From Octopus vulgaris (Eukaryota), in NCBI GenBank assembly GCA_951406725.2, contig OX597826.1:29698001-29762000 (forward strand): 64,000 nt of DNA, given 5' to 3'. A program made the translations under genes and the position numbers. Positions 1 to 12,563 of the stretch are shown one piece after another. Every line of letters begins with the position of its first letter. Position 1 is the first letter of the stretch. The notes below the pieces were generated by a model. That model was given only the letters and a program-made list of their open reading frames with translations. It had not been told where the DNA came from and made no database searches.

Positions 1-480
1 TATAAACCATTTTATTGCACGATGCGTCTCCATCTTTCCTTTAACTTGAAAATACCCTCTTCCCAGAATTGAGGTGGTTTCATGGCAAAGAATTCATCAA
101 GGTATCTTTTTCCATCATCCAAGGAATTGAAACTTTTACCATTAAGACTATTCTGCAGAGACTTGAGTAAGTGGAAATCCGAAGGAGCAATATCTGGTGA
201 ATAATGAGGGTGGGGTAACACATCTCAGCCGAGCTGCAGCAATTTTTGTGTAGTTCTCAATGCATCAAGTGCCGAAAATGAACTTTCTTATCTTCCATTT
301 TAAAGGGTTACAGAATTAACACGGGTTATAGGAACATAAACCTTCTTCCACGAAAAGATAGCTTAAGCTGTGCTCTAAATGGAGGTGTAGACAAATCCTA
401 TTTTATGAACTCAACCATGTTCTAAAATAAGTCGAAAGGTAAGCTACTATAAATCGGCACGAACTTTCCGGACAACCCAA
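1..480 (-). mobile_element. Internally deleted mariner transposon, truncated by the window edge
   Basis: Minus-strand ORF 12-221 has the mariner HYSPDIAPSDFHL motif and C-terminus. It is joined directly to the N-terminal MEDKKVHFRHLM (ATG at ~298). A TIR-like end (minus strand ttgggttgtccggaaagt) sits next to TA at 481-482. Confidence 0.85.
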
Positions 481-2232
481 TATATTTTGAGCAGCAACAT
501 GTTCTTTAAAGCAATGGCATGTTTGGAACAAGACTATTTTTTTGTAAACTCGCACAGATAAAAGAATTCATGAGAGATTTGACAGAGCCTATAGAATTGT
601 ATATATTAGAAAGAAAGAAAAAAAGGTTATTCAGAACAAAATTTTGTTTATGGAGAACACAATGAAGAAACGCAGTTTTTGGATGTTTGGCCTGTTTTTG
701 AACTCGAATGCTTTCTTCCTTTCTTGCCAGTGAAGGGCAGCTGTCTTTAGTCATGTAGTTTGTCCAGGTTTAAGCCAAATCGCGTGAAGTGCTCAATGAT
801 TGCTTTAGTAAAAGGAAACATCGGCTTCTGACATGGAGACAGCGTGCAATTCACTTCGCTGTTGAAAAGCCGATGAATTTCATTGCATTTGTATGTGTGT
901 GCGCGCACACACATATTTAAACATACACGCATATATACATAGGCACTTATTTAAACACACACACAAACACAAAAATATACATACATACACACACACAAAT
1001 ATACATACATACATACATACATATACACACACACACAAATACATATAAAATACACATCTACACAAACAAGTGTGTGTGCGTGTGCACGCACATATAGTGT
1101 ATACACGCACGCGCATATATACACGTGTACATACATAAATACATACACGCGCACACATTCACGTACATATACACGCATACACTTACACGCACAAAGATAC
1201 ACAAATATACAAAACGCATTTCCAGAGACACAAAGACGTGCTTGCTATCACTTCCATTTTCGTGTCTCAAAAACTTGGAAGGAAATACTAGCATCGAAAA
1301 AAAATAAAACAGAAAATTTCTACACGAAAATATAAATTAATAAAATTGCATCTTACAAATATATATACAACGTATCTATGCAACAGAATAAAGGAATACG
1401 ACTGGAATAATGGTTTCTACTACAAAGGTTACGTGAAGAGAGAGAGAAAAAACATTAGACTTAAGAATATCTTTGATGAAAACTGAAATACTGTGTAAGG
1501 TGATAGGAAATGTTGCATGAGGAAAATTAAAACGACATCTAATGAAATACAAAAGCAAATTGTATTTTATGTGAATAAATGAATAAAATAGTCACACACA
1601 TTCATACACGAACATACATACGCATATACATATATATATATATATGTATACGTACGTATGTATGTATACATTTTCTCTGTCTGTCATATATATATATATA
1701 TATATATATATATGACAGACAGAGAAAATGTATACATACGTACGTATGTATACACACAATCTAATATGAAATGATATAATTTAACAAAATTGTATGTATG
1801 TATATGAGCGTGCGTGTGTATATATATGTTGAAATACCATTCTGTATATGCGTGTGTATGCATATATATATATATATATATACTTTTCATTCGCGTATAC
1901 ATATATAACGTTGACGGCTTCAATTTTATTGCGTATCTTTAGAATTTAGTGTAAACATCTTAGAGAACCTAGAACTTTCATACGATACAACTACTGAAAG
2001 CAAAAATATATAAAAAGACATTGTTGCAACGACTTTAACCTACCAATTGATATTTATCAATAATTGAATATTTTATTTATTGAACTCCGGTTGTATTGAA
2101 ATAATTGTTTGGGGCTTTCCAGTCAAGTAGTTGTTTTATTTTATGTTTAAGCCCTATTCTCATCAGCAGTGAGTGTCTCTATGATTTTGTATTATATATT
2201 TATATATTTGTACGCATGTAAATATGTGTGTA

Positions 2233-2285
<53 letters not shown>

Positions 2286-2838
2286 TAGACACACGCACAA
2301 ATATAAGTTTAATTCTTGATCATGCTGCCAATAAAACCACACGCACTGGTGAGGTTTCACTTCGTTTTTTTTTACCAGACACTGAATTAATCAAGTGTCT
2401 AATGGATTTTTCGGTGACCGGCAATATTGTCACAGCAAAAAAAGTTACAATTTATGGGATCCGGACAACCCCCCTCCGGGACGAAACCCTCTCGGACAAA
2501 ACTTTTTTACCTGGGAATTTTTTTTTTTTTTACCTGGATTCGAATATTCTGTCACATTTCCTCACAGTCTATGTAATTCTTTATCTTTGACCACGTGGAA
2601 AAAACTGGTAACTGCTCACTTGCTCTCTTGTCTTTATATGCTTTTATGAATTCACATCCTTGTTTATGAAGTTACCAGTTTTTTCCACATGCTAATCTGT
2701 ACCACTCATACATGTGTGTGTATTCACCCAATACATTTGAATAAATAGACATACTTGAATGTTTACCGGCTGATGTCTGTCGATTTTATATCCACTCCGT
2801 TTTCTTATTTGCCATATATATATATATATATATATATA

Positions 2839-2953
2839 TTTGACGGATATTTGTCCTCATCTTGTTTGTTGTTAACAACGTTTCGGCTGATATACCCTCC
2901 AGCCTTCATCAGGTGTCTTGGGGAAATTTCGAACCTACGTTCTCATTCCTAAG

Positions 2954-2987
<34 letters not shown>

Positions 2988-3034
2988 CTGCCAGGGTTAG
3001 TAGCCCGTGCTCTTAACCATTACGCCATATGCCC
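2839..3034 (-). mobile_element. tRNA-headed short repeat containing a hammerhead ribozyme motif (copy 1)
   Basis: Homologous to 5087-5394, 5395-6005 and 51134-51368. It has a tRNA-like head with box A (tggcgtaatgg), an (AAT)n spacer and CTGATGA-stem-GAAAC at ~2872-2919. Confidence 0.75.
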
Positions 3035-3189
3035 GTGGGCAATTATGGAGTTAATTTTTATGGCTTATAAATCTAATATTTTTCTATCCTTCCTTAATAC
3101 CGGTTCCCATATGCTATTCATATCTGCACTCGGTCTGCTTAGGAGGTTGTTGTGTCCTAGTTTGTTATCCTTCCTTTTCTTTTATATGT

Positions 3190-3610
3190 TTTAATCATTG
3201 GTCTGCAGCCATGTCGGGGCACCTCTTTGAAGTGTCTAGTCGAACAAATCAACCCTAGTACATATTTTTCAAGCCTGCTACTTATTCTATCGGTTTCTTT
3301 TGTTGAACAGCTAAGTTACGTGGATGTAAACAAACCAGCACCGGTTGTAAAGCGGCAGCGGTGGTGGTGGTGGACAAACATATACACAAAGGAAAACACA
3401 TAAATACATACATATTCACACAGATGCACACATGTATATGTATACATATATATGCACACACAAGACGGGCTTCTTTCAGCTACCGTTTACCAAATCCAGT
3501 CACATGGTTTTGGTCAACCCGGAGCAATAGCAAGACACTTGCTCAAGCTGCCACGCAGTGAGACTGAACCGAAGATCATACTGTTTAAAAGGAAATTTTC
3601 TAATCACAGT
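3190..3610 (-). mobile_element. SINE family B (tRNA head, CORE-like ccttgggcaagt, internal microsatellite)
   Basis: Diverged match to the 5510-5904 copy. Confidence 0.75.
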
Positions 3611-4319
3611 CAAGCAGGGATTGAAGACATCCAGGCGAATACCTCAGCCAGCAGTCCCCACGGGAAAGAAAAAGAACGTGGGTATTAGAATATCAAGCGA
3701 GTAATATAAGATACTATACAGGTTAAATACATCGGGCAATCTATACAAATTGTAAAACCGAGGTTATTTAATGATCGATTTGTTGGTATATTAATCGTTG
3801 TGTATGATAGCAATGCGATTGCTACATACATACATACATACATACAGACAGACATACAGACATACAGACAGACAGACAGACAGACACTCACAAATATGAG
3901 AGAGACAGGGTGGAGAGAAATACGTTTGTAAGTATCCTATGTCAAATAATTTGTGAAACCGTTGGTGCATTGAGAAGGAGCTTTGAAGATCAATGGCTGC
4001 ACTTTAAAGAATGATGAAAGGACCTGTCAGTTTTGGTACACCCCGACAACGGAACCCCTTTGATCAGGTGACTTTACACCAGTTGCGTCCGTCACTTTGA
4101 TAAATTGGAGAACACAAGAGTAAAGAGCTGCTACGAAACTAGCTCGGTAACGCAAACACAGCATGCTATTTGCGCACGCACGCACAAGCAAATATGCACA
4201 TGCAAACGCACTAGCATCCAAATATACATGCACGCACATGCATGTGCACACGCACGCTCATAATCATATATACGCACGCACACACACACATTAGCATACA
4301 TATATGTATGCACACATAA

Positions 4320-4354
<35 letters not shown>

Positions 4355-4398
4355 TGCACATGCATATACAAATGCACACACACACACGTATATATATA

Positions 4399-4434
<36 letters not shown>

Positions 4435-4488
4435 CATATATACAAGTGCACACAAGCATATACACACACGCACGCGCGCCCAAGCATA

Positions 4489-4519
<31 letters not shown>

Positions 4520-4737
4520 TACATACACGCACACACACACACGAACACACACACAAACACACACGCAAACACACACGCACAAACACACACGCGCAAACAC
4601 ACACGCGCAAACACACACGCGCAAACACACACGCGCAAACACACACACACACACACACACACGAATACTCGAAGATAAGTTCTTGATGTTGTTGTTATTA
4701 ATGTTGTTGTTACTGACGTTGTTGATTGTGATCTTTT

Positions 4738-4950
4738 GAGGTGGAATTGCAGAAACGTTAGAGCGTCGGAAAAGACACTTCGAAATACCACTTCCGGTTC
4801 TACAACCCGAGTTCGAATCCCGCCGAGGTAGATTTGCTTTTTTCCTTTCAAGGTCGATAAAATAAAGTTCCAGCAAGGAATTGGTATCGTTGGTATCGAT
4901 TAACCCCACCTTCCTAAAATAGCTGGCCCTGGGCCTAAATTATAAATCAA
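4738..4950 (+). mobile_element. SINE family A (tRNA head plus gcctttcatcctttcggggtcgataaa core)
   Basis: Box B gagttcgaatcc followed by a diverged core. Confidence 0.7.
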
Positions 4951-5086
4951 TTATGATTTTCTGGTCAATTTCGTTGTCATTGTTGTGTTGCTTCAAATAT
5001 TGTTATTTATGATCTAAAGTTAGCTTTGTAAGCAAGTTTTTTTCGTGCCCAGCTCCACGGTTGGGCATCTGGGGCATGTTCTATAT

Positions 5087-5254
5087 TTAAGAGATGAGGA
5101 ATTATGTACATTATTTACATTTGACGGATATTTGTCTTCAGCTTGTTTTATGTTATCATAACGTTTCGGATGATATACCCTCCAGCTTTCATCAGGTGTC
5201 TTGGGGAAATTTCGAACGTGGGTTCTCATTCCTAAGGAATATTTCTCATTCCTA

Positions 5255-5324
<70 letters not shown>

Positions 5325-5394
5325 TCACTACCTAGAATCGAACTCGGAATCTTGGGTTTAGTTTACCGCGCTATTAATCACTACGCCATATGCC
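5087..5394 (-). mobile_element. tRNA-headed hammerhead repeat (copy 2)
   Basis: Reverse complement reads gacacctgatgaaagctggagggtatatcatccgaaacgtt. The tRNA-like head ends at 5394. Confidence 0.75.
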
Positions 5395-5414
5395 CGAGTT
5401 CGATTCCAGGCAGA

Positions 5415-5458
<44 letters not shown>

Positions 5459-5509
5459 TCGAAAAATACCTTAGGTATGAGAACGCAGGTTCGAAATTTC
5501 TCCAAGACA

Positions 5510-5904
5510 GGCGCAGGAGTGGCTGTGTAGTAAGTAGCTTGCTTACCAACCACATGGTTCCGGGCTCAGTCCCACTGCGTGGCATCTTGGGCAAGTGTCT
5601 TCTACTATAGCCTCGGGCCGATTAAAGCCTTGTGAGTGGATTTGGTAGACAGAAACGGAAAGAAGCCCGTCGTGTACGTGTGTGTGTCTGTGTGTATGTT
5701 TGTGTGTCTGGTCTCCCCAACATCGCTTTACAACCAATGCTTGTGTGTTTACGTCCCCGTAACTTAGCGGTTCGGCAAAAGAGACCGATAGAATAAGTAC
5801 TAGGCTTACAAAGAATAAGTCCTGGGATCGATTTGCTCAACTAAATGCGGTGCTCCAGCATGGCCGTAGTCAAATGACTGAAACAAGTAAATGAGTAAAA
5901 GAGT
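5510..5904 (+). mobile_element. Full-length SINE family B with aagaca target-site duplication
   Basis: Head ggcgcaggagtggctgtgt, CORE-like cttgggcaagtg and tail gctccagcatggccgtagtcaaatgactgaaacaagtaaa. aagaca occurs at 5504-5509 and 5905-5910. Confidence 0.85.
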
Positions 5905-5905
5905 A

Positions 5906-5952
5906 AGACACCTGAAGAAGGCCGGAGGGTTTACCAGCCGAAACGTTGTGTT
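5906..5952 (+). ncRNA. Minimal type I hammerhead ribozyme motif
   Basis: gacac-CTGAAGA-a-ggccgg..ccagcc-GAAAC-GTT-gtgtt: both catalytic boxes, stem II, palindromic ACGT stem III and stem I gacac/gtgtt. Confidence 0.7.
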
Positions 5953-6120
5953 AACAACAAACATGGTGAGAAATATCCGTCAAATATAAATAATGTAAAT
6001 AATGTATCTGGAACATGTGTTCTCTATTACAGCCCCGGGTCCAATAAGCCTACAGTGAAAGCTTGGTTAGGCAGAAACTGTGTGGAAGCCCGTCGCGCGT
6101 GCGTGTGACATACAAACGTG

Positions 6121-6400
6121 AAGGCTCATAGCCTAATGGTTAGATGTGTTGTACTCACGGTCGTAGTTTCGATTCAAGACCGGCTGCGCATTGTGTTCTT
6201 GAGCAAAGCTCTTCGTTTCATGTTGCTCCAGTCCACTCAGTTGTAAATGGGTACATCCTGCAACAGATTAGCCTCCTGATCAGGAGTAAAATTGGCTTAC
6301 TCACCTAGCCAGTAGGTTGGCATCATTCGAAAGGTAAAATGAAGCAAAGGGCATTGTGACTAGCGATGTATAACATCTGATAGTCTGGACGATACCGTGA
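6121..6400 (+). mobile_element. tRNA-derived SINE (head type 2, tail type 2)
   Basis: Head and core match 20389-20690. The tail gcattgtgactagcgatgtataacatctgatagtctgg matches 59776-60067. Confidence 0.65.
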
Positions 6401-6544
6401 AACATACACAAACATACACACACACTTTATTTTATCGATCTCTATAGCATTTGAACTCAATGTAAAGTGCCGAAACAAATGACGCAGGAATCTTTTTCCA
6501 TGCTCTGACGATTCCGCCAATTTCTCACTAATAATAATAATAAT

Positions 6545-6985
6545 CCTTTCTAATATAGGGACAAGGCCTGGAAGTTGTTTTTTTATGAGGGCTCTAGTAG
6601 ATTACATCGATCACCCTGCTCAACTGGTATTTATTTCATCGACGCCGAAAGGATAGACAGCAAAGTGGACGTCGGTGGAATTTGAATTCGAAACGGAAAA
6701 GTGGAAAAAATGCAGCGAAGCATTTTGTCCGGCGTGTTAACGATTCTGCCAGCACACCATCTTAATGGCTTCAAATTTTGCCACAAGGCCAGTAATTTTA
6801 GGGGGTGGGGAGAAATTAATCATTTACACCGCCCTCATTATTCAATTGGTATTTTATTTTATTAACCCCAGAAGGATGGAAGGCTAAATCACCCTGAGTG
6901 GCGTTTGAACTCGTATAAGGAGCCAGAAAAAAATACTGCTAAACATTTTGTCCGACGTGCAAACGATTGCTGTTGTTAACCGGCT
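6545..6985 (-). mobile_element. Two tandem SINE family A copies
   Basis: Two reverse-complement cores (atcgac..gaaaggat..gcaaagt..gac) with heads. Confidence 0.7.
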
Positions 6986-7145
6986 TAATGATTTTGTTTT
7001 TCTGATCATACACCTCGCCAACAAGGAGACTACAATAATATTCTCGCATTAAATTTGGAGGAAAAAGAAAACAACCCTTATCTAAACATCACGTTTGATC
7101 CTAAAAAGCAAGCTACATTACAAAAAAAAAAATCAATTCTTAAAA

Positions 7146-7228
<83 letters not shown>

Positions 7229-7944
7229 AATCGATATAGAAACTTTAGAAAGAAATAAAATGCAAAACGAAAACAAAAATAGAACGAACTCAGTACAAAT
7301 GTAAAGAAAAAATAGAACATCGAAAGCTTAAGTCATGAAGATAAAGAAAATATAATAAATAACACGAGTCAAAAAAATGAATAAAATAAATGATAGAGCA
7401 AAATTCAAATTGTAGAACATGTACAAAACACTGACCAAAATGTATAGCAAACTAAAAATTGGAAAAATAAAAGAAAAACGGAATCAGAATAACACAAACA
7501 AAAACAAAGAAAAAGAATTTGAAGATTTACGAAATGGAAAATTCTAATGATAGGAATAAGGAATCTGACAGTCGAAAGGTGGGAATAATTGAAGAATTAG
7601 AATCAATATACGATGTTGGTATATAGAGAAACGAAATACTATCTGAGGATTAATGTCGAGAATGAAAGAGCAAGAAAAACAGAAAATAAACGCAATCCTG
7701 GTTGTGACCGGTTTAATGAGAACAGACACGAACATCAATATCACCAGATTAAATGAAATGATATATGCAACAGCCATGCTAGTTGCAAAGAAAACTGGTT
7801 AATCCCTCTGATCTATTCTTGTAGGAATATCAAAAAGAAAAGCTAAGGAAAGAGAAACGAAGTAAGAAAAAGAAAATGTATAGAGGAAAAAGATAAGAAA
7901 AAGGATATCTCAATCCTTATTGAATTTAATAAGGAAAAGTTACA

Positions 7945-8013
<69 letters not shown>

Positions 8014-8139
8014 TACAGAATTATAACACACACACGTACACAGACTAAACGTCTTACCCGAAACCAAACAACACATCAAACGGATCCTTCCTAATTTGCA
8101 AAGAATCAACGACATGAAACAGATAACTTATCTTTCATG

Positions 8140-8541
8140 TTTTACTCGTTTCAGGGAATTGGATTGCGGCCATGCTGGAGTAGCTCTTCTAAGGGTTTTA
8201 GTCGAATAAATCAATACCAATGTATATTTTTTTTCAAGTATGCTACTTATTTTATCGCTGATTTTTGCCGAACTGCAAAGTTACGGAGACGTAAGCAAGC
8301 GAACACGGTTGTCAAGCAGTGAATGGGAGACAAAGAAAGATGCATGCGCGCACGCACGCACACACACACACACACACACACACGCACGACAGGAGTTTCT
8401 GTTTGTCTAATCCACTCATAAGTCTCTGGTTAATCCGAGGCGAAAGCAGAAAATACTTGGCTAAGGCGCCACGCAGTTGGACTGAACCCGGAACCATGCG
8501 GTTGAGAAGCAAACTTCTTACCAAACAGCCATGCCTGCGCT
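8140..8541 (-). mobile_element. SINE family B
   Basis: Reverse complement of the 5510 consensus with an internal (CA)n. Confidence 0.8.
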
Positions 8542-8907
8542 TAAAAACAATACACAGTTCGATTTTAACTCCAAAACGCTCAAAAACTAAAAAAAATAAT
8601 AATAAATAAACAAAGAAAAAAAAACGAAACAACAGAAGTAACGGCAGAACTAAAAGGAAGAAGATATTGAAGAATTCGGGGTAGGAGGGGGTGGTTAAGG
8701 GTAGCAAAAACCGTAGAACACACGAAATCAATGCAGCACCAACAGCAAGAGATATTGAAAGATTCTAGGAAGGATTAAGGATAGCAAAGGAATTACCGTT
8801 GACGAGATTGACCAAAACAATGAACACGGCATCGGAATAGTTGTGGAAAGATATATCGATGGAAAGAGTAGCCCGGATGTTATAAAGACCAAATAGAATT
8901 GGTGTAA

Positions 8908-9940
8908 GCATGGAGACGTGGTTGAGAAGTTTGTTTTGCAATTACGTGGGTTTGGGTTCAATCCACAGTGTGGCATCTTGGCATCTTGGGCAAGCTGTTT
9001 TCTACTATATCCCTGTGTTGCCCAATGCCTTTCGAGTAGATTTCATACACGAACCCCACCACCACGTATGTGTATGTGTGTATACGAGTGTGTTTGTATG
9101 TGTATGCGTGTGTGTGTATGTTTGTGTGTGCGTGTGTCTGTATATGTGTGCGCTTGTGTGTATATATGTGTGCGCGTGCGTATGAATATGTTTGTGCGTG
9201 CGCGTGTGTATGTGTTTGTGTGTGTGTGCGGGTGTGTGCGTGTTTGTGTCTGCATGTGTATGTGCCTGCGTGTGTGTGTATGTGCCTGCGTGTGTGTGTA
9301 TGTGCCTGCGTGTGTGTGTGTATGTGCCTGCGTGTGTGCGCGTTTGTGCCTGTATGTGTATGCGCATTTGTGCCTGCATGTGTATGTGCTTGCGTGTGTG
9401 TGTATGTGCCTGCGTGTGTGTGTATGTGCCTGCGTGTGCGTGTATGTGCCTGCGTGTGCGTGTATGTGCCTGCTTGCGTGTGTATGTGCTTGCGTGTGTG
9501 TGTATGTGCTTGCGTGTGTGTGTATGTGCCTGCGTGTGTGTGTATGTGCCTGCGTGTGTGTGTATGTGCCTGCGTGTGCGTGTATGTGCCTGCGTGTGCG
9601 TGTATGTGCCTGCATGTGCGTGTATGTGCCTGCGTGTGCGTGTATGTGCCTGCGTGTGTGTGTATGTGCCTGCGTGTGCATGTATGTGCCTGCGTGTGTA
9701 TGTATGTGCCTGCGTGTGTATGTATGTGCGTGTGTGTATGTATGTGCGTGTGTGTGTGTGTGTGTATGTGGGTGTGTGTATGTGTGTTAGTTCGGTGACA
9801 GTATGTGTTAGTTCAGTGAAAACAGAACGATAAGTACCAAGCTTAAAAACATTAGTACTGTTGTCAGTCTGGTCGACGAACCCTACAAAACTGTGCTCCA
9901 ACATGGCCGTAGTCTAATAACTGAAACAAGTAAAAAAAAA
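8908..9940 (+). mobile_element. SINE family B with a greatly expanded internal microsatellite/minisatellite
   Basis: Head 8908-9060 and tail ~9787-9940 flank ~720 bp of TG-rich repeat. Confidence 0.75.
9256..9720. repeat. 20-bp minisatellite (tgtatgtgcctgcgtgtgyg)n
   Basis: Directly visible tandem units, more than 20 copies. Confidence 0.9.
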
Positions 9941-10047
9941 AGAGTAGATACGAAACACCAGGAAAAGACGACCGACTACAAACTTCTGGTTGGTTAAAAA
10001 ATTTAAAAGGGATACTTAAAATGCAAGCAGATATGTTCAGTTAGATT

Positions 10048-10420
10048 CTTTTACTTGTTTCAGTCATTTGACTGCAGCCATGCTGGAGCACCGCCTTTAG
10101 TCGAACAAATCGACCCCAGGACTTATTCTTTGGAAGCCTAGTACTTATTGTATCGGTCTCTTTTGCTGAACCGCTAAGCTACGGGTACGTGAATACACCA
10201 ACAACGGTTGTCAAGCGATGTTGGAGGGACAGACAAGCACACACATACACACACACACACACACATATATATACGACGGGCTTCTTTCAGTCTCCGCCTA
10301 CCAAATCCACTCACAAGTCTTTGGTCGGCCCGAAGCTACAGTAGAAGACACTTGCTCAAGGTGCCACGCAGTGGGACTGAACCCGGAAGCATGTGGTTGG
10401 TAAATAAGCTACTTACCACA
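10048..10420 (-). mobile_element. SINE family B
   Basis: Near-consensus reverse complement. Confidence 0.85.
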
Positions 10421-10579
10421 ATTGCTCCGACAATTGTGAAAAGAACAGGAAATAATAGCTGCCTGGATACAAAGAATAAAAAAAACCATTTTAATTCCCA
10501 AGACAAAAGCGGCAAAACCCTGAAACTACAGGTCAATAAGCTACTGTCGAAAGTTTACAAAACTAAATATGATATTGCT

Positions 10580-11035
10580 TTTAAATTTTGATACAAGGGC
10601 AATAATTTCGGAGGTTGAGGCTAATCGATTACATCGAACATAGTGTTCAATTGGTATTCATTTTATCGACACCGAAGGGCTGAAAGACAAAGTCGACCTC
10701 GGTGGAATTAGAACTCAGAGCGTAAATATGTACGAAATTCTACTGAGTAATTTGCGAGGGGTGCTAAAGATTCTGCTGGCTTTTACCGCCTTGCTAAGTG
10801 ATATAATATTGCAGTGAGTAAGGCGACGAGCTGTCAGAAACGTTAGCACGCCGAGCGAAATGCTTAGCGGTATTTCGTATGTCTTTACGTTCTGAGTTCA
10901 AATTCCGCCGAGGTCAACTTTGCCTTTCATCCTTTCGAGGTCGACAAATTAGTTACAAGTTGCGTACTGGGATCGATCTAATCGACTGGCCCCCTCCCCC
11001 AAAATTCGGGCCTTGTGCCTAAAGTAGAAAATAAT
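10580..11035. mobile_element. Two SINE family A copies, head-to-head (10580-10792 minus, 10819-11035 plus)
   Basis: The core and tRNA head occur in both orientations. Confidence 0.8.
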
Positions 11036-11039
11036 ATTG

Positions 11040-11640
11040 CAGAGAGTAAATAAACACATGGGAATTCACAACGTTGCTCCAGAAGGGGGCTGAAGAACTT
11101 TTATGGTTGTAAAGACAGATTACTGTTTGCAGACCCATAAGCAAAGACCGTAGAAGCAGAAAGCAGTTTTAACAAGACATGCATTGATTATGAAAAGTCT
11201 TTTGACTGTGTTGTTTACATGTGGATTCAGGAAACATCATGATTAAAGGAGTTTCAAAAATGTGCGGATACATTTAACATATTTATGGAGAAAAGAAAAA
11301 AAAAACCCGACAGTTATAGACAAAAGAAGGAGTAAGAAAACTAAACCCTTTACAGTTAGAAGTGAAGCATTTCAAGAGAATTCTTTCGTTCCATTCCTTT
11401 CCTGCCTGGTGCTTACACATTTAACCTTTAAACAAAATGTTAAGCAACATTGGACACTGACGCAATTGTTATCGTTGGACAATGAACCATCTTTTGTTTA
11501 TGGACGGCCCCATATTGTACGCTAAAATGATAAACAACTAGAAACACTTCTACGGAAAATACAAGGATTTATTAAACGGAGATTGAATTAGGGAAATGAG
11601 CCGAAGTAATGAAATGTGGAATATTAACCAAGAAGTCCAT
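11040..11640 (+). pseudogene. Degraded non-LTR reverse transcriptase relic (R4/Dong-like)
   Basis: Remnant motifs DYEKSFDCV (DYxKAFDSV), FQENSFVPFL (FQGDSLSPLLF) and LFMDG (LYMDD), broken by stops. Confidence 0.5.
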
Positions 11641-11779
11641 TATCAAGATCCGGTTAACCAAGCTTCTACCAACCCTCTATACTAGTGAGACATAAATCAG
11701 CACTGAAAAATGGACAGGAAGATAGATGTGTTTTACAAAAGATGCTTGAGCACGATTCTGAGGCCGTACTGGTAAGAAC

Positions 11780-12090
11780 CAATAAAGACATTTTAAAGAG
11801 AGCCGACACAAGACCACTTAATAAAATCTTCACAGAACAATGATCAAAACAAACAGGTTACATACTCCGGCTCTCAGAAAAACCCCATTTTAAACAGCTT
11901 TCAAATGGACACTGCAGGAGAGAGAAAGAAAGAGAGGACACCCAAAAACTACATGGCAGAGAGCATTCATGACTGATTTGAGAGAGACCGATGTTACATG
12001 ACCAGATGCAGAGAAAACTGCAGCTTACAGAAACCAGTGGAGTCAGTTTGCTTCCTAATGTGTTTTTGAGTGCAGGACGAAATGAACATC
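11780..12090 (+). pseudogene. RTE-like LINE 3' relic
   Basis: Remnant G-Y-I-L-R...KW..G.RKRGHPKTTW..A..RNQW C-terminal motifs. Confidence 0.45.
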
Positions 12091-12361
12091 AAGATAGGAA
12101 AAGACAAACTTAAGAAAATTAGACCAAAGACTGTCTTAAAAGAACTTTAGTATCAATAAAGTTGCCGGAGCACAACACATACGAAAGAAATGATTGTGAA
12201 AGAACATTAAAAGATGCATTGTATCTATCTGTATTGTAAAGCTAAATGTCAAAATATAAGGTAATAAGTATCACTTATTGTCTTAGTAATAAGTTATAGT
12301 TATAATATTTTTAATTGAACTTTAAATGAATGAATAAGCTTAGTCAGAAACACAAGAAAAT

Positions 12362-12563
12362 TCTTTCTACGGTAGGCACAAGGCCTGACAGGTTTTGTGA
12401 GACGGTGGGGCTAGTCAACTATATCGACCCCGGTGTTGGTACTTATTTTATCGATGCCGAATAGACGAAAGGCAAAGTGAACTTCGGAGGAATTTTAACT
12501 GAGAACGTGAAGCCCGAAGAAATGTCGCCAAGCATTTTTGTCCGGTCCATTAGCGACTCTGCT
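12362..12563 (-). mobile_element. SINE family A
   Basis: Reverse-complement core and tail. Confidence 0.7.

Larger units (their letters stand above)
5395..6005 (+). mobile_element. 5'-truncated hammerhead repeat (copy 3), inverted relative to copy 2 and interrupted by a SINE B
   Basis: Starts at box B gagttcgattcc and resumes after the SINE at aagacacctgaagaagg. Confidence 0.75.
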
